A stretch of 64,000 nt of DNA from Terriglobia bacterium. GTDB taxonomy: Bacteria; Acidobacteriota; Terriglobia; JAJPHL01; JAPKYU01. The stretch covers positions 960,001 through 1,024,000 of the forward strand of contig CBDCVK010000010.1 of the NCBI GenBank assembly GCA_965223005.1. The letters are read 5' to 3'. The position numbers and the translations under genes are program-made. Positions within the stretch are counted from its first letter, which is position 1. The number at the start of each line of letters is the position of its first letter. This document shows, piece by piece, positions 29,482-39,120 of the stretch. The notes below the pieces were generated by a model, which saw nothing but the letters and a program-made list of their open reading frames with translations, was not told the origin of the DNA and made no database searches.

Positions 29482-31485
29482 ATGTCCACCCAAGCTGCTC
29501 CACGGCCCGGACTGGGAGAAAAAGTACTTCTGGTGACCCAGGACGAGGGGTTGGAGCAATTGCGTCAGTGGCTGCCCGGCGCGCGAGCGGTGAAAGAGGT
29601 CTCGATCCTTGGCCTGCAGCCGCCGACCGTCATTATCTCCGACACGCCGGCAGTGTTTTCGACCGAACTGCGCGAGGCGGTGCTAGAGGAGCAGGCGCGG
29701 CTGGTTTACGTGCTGGAAGGAGACGGCACCCTGCCCGCCGAATCTACGGGCTTCCCAATCTATTTCTTCCTGACCCGGCCGTTTCACCAGGGCGTGCTGG
29801 AAAGCACGGTGCGCGGCGCGTTGGAGAATCTGCGCCTGGCGTCGGCCAATCGCGAGCTAACGGAGTCGCTCAAGCGGGCTCACGATGAAATTGACGACTT
29901 AAACAAGATCGGCATTGCCCTTTCGGGCGAGCGCGATGTGCAACCCTTGCTGGAGCTGATCCTGGGCAAGAGCCGCGAGATCACTGGCAGCGACGCCGGT
30001 TCCCTCTACCTGGTGGAAGAGAACGAGGCTACGGGAGAAAAGGTGCTGCGCTTCACGCTGACCCAGAATGAGAGCGTGCAGGTCCCGTTCAATCAGTTCA
30101 CCATCCCCATTGATACCAGCCGGATCGCTCCCTATGTGGCGCTCAAAGGGGAGACGCTGGCTCTCATTGACGCCTACTACCTGCCGCCGGGCATGCCGTT
30201 CGGCTTCAACCGCGACTTTGACGCTCAGATCGGCTACCGCACGAAGTCCATGCTGACGGTGCCCATGAAAAACCCCGAGGGCGAAGTGGTAGGCGTCCTG
30301 CAACTGATCAATTGCAAGAGGGACCCCTAGGCCAAGGTCACCCCGGAGAACGCTGACCTGCTGGTGATGCCCTACCCGGGGCGAGTGCAGCAGTTGGTGG
30401 AATCCCTGGCCAGCCAGGCAGCGGTGGCCCTGGAAAATGCCCGGCTTTACGAGAGCATTCACGGCTTTGCTCTTCACTTGCCCCGCCTGAAAAAGAGGCC
30501 GGCCCAAAGGCCGGTTTAGAATCTGTTCGAGGGGATGGTGAAGGCTTCGGTGGTCGCCATCGAATCACGCGACCCCACTACCTTCGGCCACTCGTTCCGC
30601 GTCGAGAAGCTCACCAGCGCGCTGGCCGAGGCGGTGGACCGCGTGGACGACGGTCTTTATCGCAACGTCAGCTTCACTCCCGACCAGATGCGTGAGCTCC
30701 GCTACGCCGCGGTGCTGCACGACTTCGGCAAGGTTGGGGTGCGCGAGGAGGTGCTGGTCAAAGCCAAAAAGCTGTATCCGGCGCAGCTAGAAGTTGTGCG
30801 GGAACGGTTCAACTATGTTCGCAAGTCCATCAGAGAAGAGCACGCCGGCCACCGGCTCCAGTACCTGCTAGAAAAGGGCCGCGACGAATACCTGAAGAAG
30901 CTACCGGAATTCGACGCCGAGCTGGCCGAACGCGTGAAGGAGATGGACGGATTTTTCGAGTTCCTGTTGCAGTGCAACGAACCAACCGTGCTTCCCGAAG
31001 GCAACTTCGAACGGCTGGCCGACCTGGCCTCCCGGCGCTTCCTGGACGATTGGGCCGGCGAGGAGCGCGCCCTGCTGCAGCCCGGCGAGGTACGGCTGCT
31101 CTCCATCCCCAAGGGCAGTCTGGACGCGGCCGAGCGCGACGAGATCCAATCCCACGTTAAGCACACCGTCAATTTCCTCAACGAGATTCCGTGGACCAAA
31201 GAGATTCGCAACATCCCGTTGATCGCCCAAGCCCACCATGAGAAGCTGAACGGCAGCGGGTATCCGCGCAAGATCACCGCTCCGGACATCCCCATCCAGT
31301 CGAAAATGATGACCATCTCGGACATCTACGACGCGCTGTCGGCTTCGGACCGACCCTATAAGAAGGCGGTGCCGGTCGAGAAGGCTCTCAAAATCATCGG
31401 ATTCGAGGTCAAAGACAAGATGTTGGACGAGGAGCTGTTCCGCATCTTCCGCGAGAAGGAACTCTGGCGGCTGACGGTCAAGTAG
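29482..31485 (+). pseudogene. GAF plus HD-GYP phosphodiesterase interrupted by in-frame TAG (30328) and a 57-bp insertion (30461-30517)
   Basis: ORFs 29389-30330 and 30535-31485 share a frame; the gap translates AKVTPEN...LASQAAVALENARLYESI[insert]*NLFEGMV; LHDFGK and HHEKLNGSGYP intact. Confidence 0.9.
30461..30517. other. 57-bp self-complementary insertion
   Basis: Removal restores ATT CAG AAT (I-Q-N); ends pair (CGGCTTTG/CAAAGGCCG); GGCCGGCC-CAAA-GGCCGGTT hairpin; no target duplication seen. Confidence 0.8.
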
Positions 31486-31553
31486 CGCGCTCGGCGCTTC
31501 CCAATCAAACCGGACAGTGTACAATGGGAGCCCCAGTAGCAGGAGGTGGCCCG

Positions 31554-31701
31554 ATGCTTTCCACCCGGCGGAACAGCATTGGAAATTTACGGCGAGCAGG
31601 AGCTCGTCAACAAGGTGGACCAGTTCTTCAACGACGCCATCTACTACACAGCGGTGGGGTACGAACGCGCCCTGGGGGTCCGTCGGGAGCGCACGGCCTA
31701 G
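31554..31701 (+). pseudogene. Internally deleted small gene (RsbRD-N-like helical protein)
   Basis: TACAAT box, AGGAGG RBS, ATG MLSTR, then out-of-frame ALEIYGEQELVNKVDQFFNDAIYYTAVGYE...*; ATG-to-stop span 148 nt, not a multiple of 3. Confidence 0.65.
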
Positions 31702-31826
31702 CGGTTTGCCGAGAGAGACCCCGATCACGCGCGGCTGCGGCAACCGCAACAAAGCCAGCTACGACAACTGTCAGTGAGTGGGAACAGCCCGACTCCTTCC
31801 GCAACCGCCAGGCCTTTTCGATTGTG

Positions 31827-34800
31827 TTAGCCGGTGGGGATTTCCTCGGCCGCTTCGGTGGTTTCCGCCCGGATCAGACGCGCGAGCGTTTGCACAACCA
31901 TAGGGTCAAACTGAACGCCGGAGAAGCGCTCCAGCTCCTCAAGCGCTTCGTTGAGACTGCGAGTGCGGCGATACGGGCGCTCCGAGGTGAGGGCATCGAA
32001 GGCGTCGGCCACCGCCAAGATGCGCGCTCCAAGGGGAATGTCTTCGCCCGTCAACCCTTCTGGATAGCCGTTGCCGCTGTAGAACTCGTGGTGATAGCGA
32101 ACTGAGGCCGCGATGGAGGCGTTCACATGAACGGTTTCGAGCAGGCGCGCTCCGGCGCTGGCGTGCGTCTGCAAGGCGGCAAAATCGGCGGGAGTAAGTT
32201 TTCCGGTTTTCTCCAAAATGCCAGCGGGCACAGACAGGTAACCAATATCGTGCACACGGGCCGCGGCCCGGAGATCGTCTTGCTCTCGTTCCGGCAGGCG
32301 CATGGCGCCGGCCAGCAACATGGAGTAGCGGGTCATCGTCTGCAGGTGGCTGCCCCCAAGGTAAGCGCGCCGATCGACGGCCTCCGCCAGGGCCGCCATG
32401 CCTTCCAGCACCGCGCGCTCCAACTCCAACGGGTCGCCGGGGAAGGCCGGCCAGGCTTCTTCCAGTCGCTGCAGCAGGTAATGGAAGGTCTCTGGCCCCG
32501 TGCTTTCCAGCCGCCGGCTTAGGTTCTCCAGGTAGGTGGAAAGCACGTGCCCACGCCACAGCCTCTCCTCCTGGCGCCGGAACTGTTCTGCCACCTCCAC
32601 CATGTTTCCTCCCCGGTGTTTGGCCAGGTAAAGGCCGGCGTCGGCGGCGCGGATTAACTCCTCGGGCGAATCGCCGTGGCTGGGGAAGGTGGCCAAGCCG
32701 AAGCTGGCGGTCAGCTTCCGGGTTGAGAAGACTGAATCGGAGGCGATCCACAAGCGCAGGCGCTCAGCCAGAATCTGGGCCTGTTCGGCGCCAGCTTCCG
32801 GCATCAATATTATGAATTCGTCGCCACCATAGCGGGCCACCACATTGGACTGGCGGCTTCTCTGATCCAAGATCTTTCCCAGCCGGGCCAGCACCAGATC
32901 CCCTTCCAGGTGGCCCAGAGTGTCGTTCACCTGCTTGAAACTGTCCAGGTCAAGCAGCACGAGCGAAAAGACACGCCCGGCGCGCGTGGCACGTTTCCAC
33001 TCGGCTTGCAGGGATTCCATGAAGAAGTGATGGGTCTTGACCCCGGTCAGGCCGTCGGTAATAGCCTGCTGTCGGGTACGCTGGAAGATGAAGGCGTTGT
33101 GCAGGGCGGCGGAGAGATGGTCGGCCAGAGTGCGCAGGATCATCACGTCTTCTTGCTGGAAGGCACCCTCCTGGACGCTCTCCACGTTCAGCACGCCCAG
33201 CATCTGGTCGGCGTAGAGGATGGGCAGGCACAGTTCGGAGCGGGCGTTGGTCAGGATGCCCTGGGCGCGCTTTTCCGCGAGCAGGTCGTTCATCAGCACC
33301 ATTTCGCCAGTGCGGGCCACGCCCCCGATTACTCCCACGTCCAGCGGAATGCGGCGGCCCAGTGCCTGGGCCCGAAGCCCGGCTTCAGCCTTGATTTCGA
33401 TCTCCTTGGTCTGATAATCGAGCAGGCCGATGCCGATGTGGTCGTAGGCGAAGTTGCGCTGGATCTCGCGGGCGATTTCGGCCAGCATCTCGTCGGCGTT
33501 TAGGGTGGAGACGGCTATCAGGGTGATGTTGTTCAGAAAACTCAACTGGCGCAAACGCCGCTGTTCTTCGCTGAACAGCCGCGCGTTCTCCAGTGCGATG
33601 GCCGCCTGGCCAGCCAAAGTCTTCATGATTTCCAGGTGCCCCCCGTCGTAGGCGTTTTCGCGCTCAAGATTCTGCACGGCCATCACGCCGGTCGCGCGCT
33701 CGTGCAGTAGCAGGGGCACGCCCAGCCAGCAGCGCGCCGGACGGCTGCTCGGTTCGATGCCATGGGTGGCACGGAATTCATCCGGGCGTTCCCTGAGCAA
33801 GAGCGGTTCCCGGGTGCACAGGACATACTCGGTGATGGAGTTTCGCATTTTGCGCCGGCGCTTCGGCAGATAGACGCTGTTTTCCGCCTCCAGCTCAAAG
33901 TGAATTTGCCGGTCGGGTTCGTCCCACAAGGCAATGTAGAAATTCCTGGCGTCCATCAGCTTCTCGATTTCCCGGTGAATGCGGCGCAGCAGTTCATCCC
34001 GATTGAGCGTAGAACTGAAGGCGTGGCCGGTGTGGTTCAACAGGCGCAGTTCCTCAGCGCGACGGTGGGAGTCAAGGGACAGCAAGAAATTCTCCACTGC
34101 CATCGCAATCTGCTCGGCGACCGTGGCCAGCAGTCGCAATTCCGCCGGGATCCAGACCCGCTGTGCCGGATAGGCCAGCACGACCGCCCCGTATCGTACT
34201 GCGTTAGTCTTGAGCCCGATGGCGACCAAGGCCTGAAATCCCGCCTCCCGCAACACCTGGCGGAATTCCCGGAGCGCTGCATCGGATTCCGGGCCGGCGG
34301 CCGCCGGGCGATCTTGCAGATCGTCCACCAGCACCGGGCCGCCCATGCGGTCCACCAGAGCTGTCGCGGCGGCGTCTAGGTTGCGTCGCTCCCATTCGGC
34401 AACCGCCTCGGCGCTGAACCCGCGGAACAGGTGCGTCTCCGAGTAGCGCTCCGACCCTTGCAGGGTGATCATCCCTTGGGAAAGTCCGTACAGATTGAGA
34501 ATGCGCTCCAGCACCTGCCCCAGGGTCTGCTGAAGATTCCGGGCAGTCTGATAGCCGCTGGTGTGCAGATTGAGGTCTGAGAGGCCAAGCAGGTGGTCTT
34601 CTACTTTGTGCTGCTGTTCGTCATGGAGCACCACAGCCATGGCTACCGCCAGCACCAGCAGACTGTAGGTCGCAGCGCCAGAATTGGCGACTCCCAGTCC
34701 GGCGCTAAACAACGTGCCCGCGATCTCAGCAGCTAGCGTGCAACCCAGCAGCAAGGACGCCAGACTCAGAAGGCGCAGCCCCAGCGCCTTGCCGGCCCGG

Positions 34801-35216
34801 CTCTGGTGCCAGAAGCGAGCGGCAGCGTACAGCAGCAGGAGCGAGCTGGCGGCAGCCGGCGAAAGCGCGGCCAGAGGCTGAAGCCACCCGTAAGCATGGG
34901 TTGCGCTCCAGATGAGTCCGAGGCCCGCCCCCAACGCGTACCACTCCCCGAATCGAGGCCGCACTGGCGTTCCCAGCGCCATCGCCAGTAGCGACAGCGC
35001 AGCCAGCACCATCAGGGTCTCCTGTGCGGCTTGGGCCAGACGTTGGCCCGAATGTAGAGGCAGCAGTGGCAAGCTGTAGTACCCGGCCAGCAGCGCCCAA
35101 GTAGCAGCCCAGGCCAGCAAGAAACTCTGACCGCCGCGACGACGAACCGAGTAAAGCACGCCACAGGCCACCAGCGACAGCGCAAGCGCCAGAATGCCGT
35201 GGTGAGCCTGGTTCAT
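31827..35216 (-). CDS. Membrane-bound multi-GAF diguanylate cyclase with C-terminal HD-GYP domain
   Basis: About 7 TM helices, three GAF-like domains, DGLTG...RYGGDEF, VHDIG, HHEFYSGNGYP. Confidence 0.95.
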   Translation of the reverse strand: MNQAHHGILALALSLVACGVLYSVRRRGGQSFLLAWAATWALLAGYYSLPLLPLHSGQRLAQAAQETLMVLAALSLLAMALGTPVRPRFGEWYALGAGLGLIWSATHAYGWLQPLAALSPAAASSLLLLYAAARFWHQSRAGKALGLRLLSLASLLLGCTLAAEIAGTLFSAGLGVANSGAATYSLLVLAVAMAVVLHDEQQHKVEDHLLGLSDLNLHTSGYQTARNLQQTLGQVLERILNLYGLSQGMITLQGSERYSETHLFRGFSAEAVAEWERRNLDAAATALVDRMGGPVLVDDLQDRPAAAGPESDAALREFRQVLREAGFQALVAIGLKTNAVRYGAVVLAYPAQRVWIPAELRLLATVAEQIAMAVENFLLSLDSHRRAEELRLLNHTGHAFSSTLNRDELLRRIHREIEKLMDARNFYIALWDEPDRQIHFELEAENSVYLPKRRRKMRNSITEYVLCTREPLLLRERPDEFRATHGIEPSSRPARCWLGVPLLLHERATGVMAVQNLERENAYDGGHLEIMKTLAGQAAIALENARLFSEEQRRLRQLSFLNNITLIAVSTLNADEMLAEIAREIQRNFAYDHIGIGLLDYQTKEIEIKAEAGLRAQALGRRIPLDVGVIGGVARTGEMVLMNDLLAEKRAQGILTNARSELCLPILYADQMLGVLNVESVQEGAFQQEDVMILRTLADHLSAALHNAFIFQRTRQQAITDGLTGVKTHHFFMESLQAEWKRATRAGRVFSLVLLDLDSFKQVNDTLGHLEGDLVLARLGKILDQRSRQSNVVARYGGDEFIILMPEAGAEQAQILAERLRLWIASDSVFSTRKLTASFGLATFPSHGDSPEELIRAADAGLYLAKHRGGNMVEVAEQFRRQEERLWRGHVLSTYLENLSRRLESTGPETFHYLLQRLEEAWPAFPGDPLELERAVLEGMAALAEAVDRRAYLGGSHLQTMTRYSMLLAGAMRLPEREQDDLRAAARVHDIGYLSVPAGILEKTGKLTPADFAALQTHASAGARLLETVHVNASIAASVRYHHEFYSGNGYPEGLTGEDIPLGARILAVADAFDALTSERPYRRTRSLNEALEELERFSGVQFDPMVVQTLARLIRAETTEAAEEIPTG

Positions 35217-35236
35217 CGAGCGCGCCCCTTCCCTCG

Positions 35237-35266
35237 ACTATACACAGAGTAGAGAAACACCGTCAA
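35237..35266 (-). promoter_or_regulatory. Putative sigma70 promoter of the diguanylate cyclase gene
   Basis: TTGACG-N18-TATAGT. Confidence 0.6.
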
Positions 35267-35339
35267 TTCAACCGCGAAGCCGTTCGCGCGAGGCCGACTA
35301 GCCTGCCCGGCAGGGCAGGAATCGCGCTACAATGCGCCC

Positions 35340-36080
35340 GTGTTCACCACGGCGCGCGCACTGCACTGGGCCTCTCTGGCTGCGTTGCTGGTAGCGATCG
35401 CCTATCTGGCTGCTGCTGCGGCCACACCCGTAGCCCAGCAGCGGGCAGCGCCCTTCACGCTGGTCGAGCCGGAGCGCCAGTTGGAGGAGGTTGTGAGTTT
35501 GTTCGCGCTAGGCGTGATCCTGGGGGTGATGAAATTCGGGCAAGGGGTGGCCGGGATAGTGGCAGTGGTGGCCCTGGCTGCGCGCTCCCTGCGTCCGACG
35601 CGAGCCTTGTTTGGGGGCGGCTTCGCGGCTTTGGGGTTCCTGGTGCAGGCCGTCCGCGGCATCTGGATGGCCGCCGTGGAACCCTCAGCGGGAATCCTGT
35701 TCGTCGCCTCCCCTGACGAGGCTGCCCGGCAGGCGATGGTGGTGTTCATGCACCACAACTTGCTGTTCCAGCACCTATTCAGCTGGCTCTATGTGTTCTT
35801 TGCCGGAGTCGGCTTCGCTTTCCTTGCCTGGGCCTTGTGGGAGGAAGTCGAGCGTGTGGCAACCGCCTTCGTTCTGGCTGCCGCTGTGCATGCCTGCTAT
35901 TTCCCGCTGCTGATGTTTCTTCATTATTCAACCCGAGTGGCGGAGCGTCCCTTTCCACAACTTATGCTGGTTGCGGAAATTGCGGTGTGGCTGTTCCCCG
36001 GGCTGGCTTTTTTTCTCGGCTTTCTCTGGCTGAAGCAGCTTTCGGAAATCCGTACCGGCGAACCTGGATCCTTTGGATGA
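35340..36080 (+). CDS. Hypothetical integral membrane protein
   Basis: About 6 hydrophobic helices; TACAAT 6 nt before GTG. Confidence 0.75.
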   Translation: MFTTARALHWASLAALLVAIAYLAAAAATPVAQQRAAPFTLVEPERQLEEVVSLFALGVILGVMKFGQGVAGIVAVVALAARSLRPTRALFGGGFAALGFLVQAVRGIWMAAVEPSAGILFVASPDEAARQAMVVFMHHNLLFQHLFSWLYVFFAGVGFAFLAWALWEEVERVATAFVLAAAVHACYFPLLMFLHYSTRVAERPFPQLMLVAEIAVWLFPGLAFFLGFLWLKQLSEIRTGEPGSFG

Positions 36081-36179
36081 GAAGCTGAGTCACGCCCCGG
36101 GAGCTTTGGGCGGCCGCCGACGCGTATCATAGGGGATAGGGGAGGAGATAGGAGAGGAGGCAGGGGAGGTACCGAGCAG

Positions 36180-36380
36180 ATGGCTGAGAAGCCGCCGGAA
36201 GAGCGCCCGGAGCCGGAGCGCCGGTCGCGACGTCCCACGCCGCTAGGCTTGATGGGTCCCCCGGAGGGAATGGAACCGCCTCGGGCCAGCGGGCTTCCTT
36301 CCCTGCGGGCAGTGGGGATCATGGTGGCGTTCATGGCGGCAGCCTTGTTGCTGGCCTTCCTTTTCTCCCGCGGCTGTTAA
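36180..36380 (+). CDS. Small protein with C-terminal membrane anchor
   Basis: GGAGG RBS, charged/Pro-rich N-terminus, one C-terminal TM helix. Confidence 0.65.
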   Translation: MAEKPPEERPEPERRSRRPTPLGLMGPPEGMEPPRASGLPSLRAVGIMVAFMAAALLLAFLFSRGC

Positions 36381-36398
36381 CCGATCGAACCATTAAAG

Positions 36399-36472
36399 AT
36401 TGGGCCATGCCGATTGGGTCATTGACGATTGAAGCGGCCCAATCAACAATTCTCAATCGGCCAATTGTCAAT
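36399..36472. repeat. Degenerate heptamer repeat with inverted halves upstream of gltX
   Basis: attgggtc attgacg attgaag ... caatcaa caattct caatcgg ccaattg. Confidence 0.6.
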
Positions 36473-37907
36473 GAGCCAACCAGAGGAGATCCGCGTCCGA
36501 TTTGCGCCGTCGCCGACCGGTTACCTGCATGTAGGCGGGGCGCGGACGGCCTTGTTCAGCTGGCTGTTTGCCCGCCGCCACGGCCGTCGAGGCAAGTTCA
36601 TTCTCCGCATTGAAGACACCGACGTGGAGCGCTCCAGTCCGGAGATGAGCGAGGGCATCCTGGAAGCGATGCGCTGGCTGGGGCTGGACTGGGACGAGGG
36701 GCCATTTTTTCAGTCCCAGCGCCGGGAACTCTACCGCTCCGTGGCGGAACGGGTCCTGGCCAAGGGCTGTGCATTCCGCTGCTATTGCGCGCCCACCGTT
36801 CCACCCGTCGTGGACAAAGGCAGCGAACGCCGACCTCGAGCGCTGCGTGATCCTTGCCGCACTCGTCGCCAAGAGGACCCGGCCGGCCGCGCGTTTGCCA
36901 TCCGCTTTCTAACTCCCAACGAAGGTGTGACCGCGTTCGAAGATGCAGTTTTCGGGCCCGTCGAGTTCCCCAATGCCGAACTGGAAGATTTTGTGCTGCT
37001 GCGTTCCGACGGCCTGCCCACCTACCACCTGAGCGTGGTGGCCGATGATCTGGACATGCGCGTTACCCACGTGCTGCGCGGCGCCGACCATCTGTCGAAC
37101 ACGCCCAAACAGGTGCTGCTCTATGAGGCACTTGAGGTTTCCCCTCCCCTGTTTGCCCATTTGCCGCTGATCCTGGGTCCCGATCGCACACGGCTCAGCA
37201 AGCGTCACGGCGCCACCTCGGTGGTCGCCTACCAAGACCAGGGCATGCTTCCGGCAGCCATGCGAAATTTCCTGGCCCTGCTCGGCTGGTCACCCGGTGA
37301 CGATCGTGAGCTGTTTTCTACATCGGAGCTGGTCGCTGCCTTTTCCCTGGAAGGCATCGGCAAGGGCAACGCCGTATTCAACCCGGGAAAACTGGAGTGG
37401 TTCAACCAACAATACATCCAGCAGTCCAGCGCCGAGCAGTTGCTCCCGTTTGTCCGTGAGCAACTGGAGCGGGCCGAACTCTGGCGTGATGAACTCGGCC
37501 GTGCGGATCGTGCCTGGTTGCTAGACGCCATCGGCCTGCTGAAGGCGCGCATGCGCACCCTGAAGGATTTCACGGGCAGCGCCCGAGCCTTCTTCACCGA
37601 CGACTATCCGGTGGACCCGCAGGCAGCCAAGAAATTCTGGAAAGACCCGGCATTGGCTGAGTTGCTGCCGACGCTGGCCGCCGTGCTTGAGCAGGTGGAG
37701 CCCTTCGACCCTCCCCGGACCGAAGCGGCGCTGCGCGGCTTTGCCGAGCAGCGCGGAGTAAAGGCCGGGCTGCTGATCAATGCCGCTCGCGTGGCGCTGA
37801 CCGGGCAGGCCGTGGCTCCCGGCATTTTCGAAGTGATAGCCCTGCTGGGCAGGGACCGCACAGTCAGTCGCCTGAAAAGCAGGTGTCAGGTCTCAGGGGT
37901 CAAGTAG
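36471..37907 (+). CDS. gltX: Glutamate--tRNA ligase
   Basis: RFAPSPTGYLHVGG, LRIEDTD, RLSKRHGA, anticodon-binding domain; start refined to ATG 36471. Confidence 0.97.
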   Translation: MSQPEEIRVRFAPSPTGYLHVGGARTALFSWLFARRHGRRGKFILRIEDTDVERSSPEMSEGILEAMRWLGLDWDEGPFFQSQRRELYRSVAERVLAKGCAFRCYCAPTVPPVVDKGSERRPRALRDPCRTRRQEDPAGRAFAIRFLTPNEGVTAFEDAVFGPVEFPNAELEDFVLLRSDGLPTYHLSVVADDLDMRVTHVLRGADHLSNTPKQVLLYEALEVSPPLFAHLPLILGPDRTRLSKRHGATSVVAYQDQGMLPAAMRNFLALLGWSPGDDRELFSTSELVAAFSLEGIGKGNAVFNPGKLEWFNQQYIQQSSAEQLLPFVREQLERAELWRDELGRADRAWLLDAIGLLKARMRTLKDFTGSARAFFTDDYPVDPQAAKKFWKDPALAELLPTLAAVLEQVEPFDPPRTEAALRGFAEQRGVKAGLLINAARVALTGQAVAPGIFEVIALLGRDRTVSRLKSRCQVSGVK

Positions 37908-37918
37908 GAGGGAGAGAC

Positions 37919-38431
37919 TCAGCGGCCCTGGCGCCACTTCACCACATGGACCGGCGCTTCCACGGCGATCTTTGCTGGGGGATAGCAGGCGCTGTCATCG
38001 CAGGCTTGGTAGCGCAGTACCCCGCGCAGGATCACTTTCCCCGTCGGCATCCGGCCCGGTACCCGAAAGCGGCTGCGGATACTGACTGTTCCCTGGTAAA
38101 CCTTCAGCGGCTTGCCAGGCGCAAAGCTGAACGTGTAGCGCTCCGCTGGCGGATACTCCACATCAAGCAGCTTGAATTCCTTCGACGTCCAATTCAACTT
38201 TGTGGGAATCAGATAATCCAGGGTGGGCTTTCTGGCATTGATGTGGAACCCGGCGGCAATCTCCAGGCGCAGGGGCAGCTCCACTGTGTCCGCAGCCGCC
38301 GCCATCACCGGCGTGGAAGGGGGAAAGACCTTGACTACCTCAGCCCGCTTGGATCGCTCCCTAGCCGCCGCTGTCCAACTCAGGCAAAGGATCAAGAGCA
38401 GCGTTGCGGAGATTCTTGGAGCTTGGCTCAT
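37919..38431 (-). CDS. Stand-alone DsbD N-terminal (Ig-like) domain protein
   Basis: Signal peptide; GFHINA, LRYQACDDSACYPP. Confidence 0.9.
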   Translation of the reverse strand: MSQAPRISATLLLILCLSWTAAARERSKRAEVVKVFPPSTPVMAAAADTVELPLRLEIAAGFHINARKPTLDYLIPTKLNWTSKEFKLLDVEYPPAERYTFSFAPGKPLKVYQGTVSIRSRFRVPGRMPTGKVILRGVLRYQACDDSACYPPAKIAVEAPVHVVKWRQGR

Positions 38432-38500
38432 AGTCCCGGTTGTTTGCTCAGACTCGCTCCCCGCCTCTGCTGAATCGCCCTACGAAGGGAATCGGCTCCC

Positions 38501-39112
38501 TCACAGCAGCTTCTCGACCGCCTCCTCAAACACGCTGCGGCTCACCAACCCCTCGTGCTTGTCGCGAATACGCCCCTCTCGGTCGATAATAAACGTGGTC
38601 GGCAGCCCCCAGATGCCCCCAAACAGTTCGGCCACCGCATCGTTGCCGAGCAGGACCCGGTAGTTCATCTTGTATTCCTTGGCGAAGGGCTTGACCACTT
38701 CCAGGCCTTCGTCGTCCATGGCGACGCCGACGATTTCCAAGCCCTCGGCACCATAGCGGTCGTACAGGTCAACGAACCAGGGGATTTCGATGGTGCACGG
38801 GTGGCACCAGGTGGCCCAGAAATCTAGGATGACAACCTTGCCCTTCAGGTCAGCCATCCGGAAGTTGTTGCCGTGAATGTCCTTGAGGGCGAAGTCGGGG
38901 ACAAGCGGACCCTCCTTGTCCCCCGGAGGAGTCGGCAGCGGCTGCCGTGAGGCGAAGCGGTGCGCGCCAAACAGCAGCAGAGCGGTACCGACCAGAATCA
39001 GTCCGAAGTTCCGCAACGGGCGGCCGCGCCTCGATTTCTCGGGGGGAGGGAGGCTGCCACCTTCTGGCTCAGGCGGCGGACTGGAATCGAAAGGAGGTGT
39101 CTTGTCACTCAT
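38501..39112 (-). CDS. TlpA/ResA-like thiol-disulfide reductase
   Basis: TM anchor, DFWATWCHPC, GLPTTFIID; start refined to 39112. Confidence 0.93.
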   Translation of the reverse strand: MSDKTPPFDSSPPPEPEGGSLPPPEKSRRGRPLRNFGLILVGTALLLFGAHRFASRQPLPTPPGDKEGPLVPDFALKDIHGNNFRMADLKGKVVILDFWATWCHPCTIEIPWFVDLYDRYGAEGLEIVGVAMDDEGLEVVKPFAKEYKMNYRVLLGNDAVAELFGGIWGLPTTFIIDREGRIRDKHEGLVSRSVFEEAVEKLL

Positions 39113-39120
39113 ATATGGAA

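Noticed and set aside
30461-30517. T4 gene 60-style translational bypass over the insert
   Set aside because: No matched take-off and landing codons (ATT versus GTT), and the stop lies at the end of the gap rather than after the take-off site.
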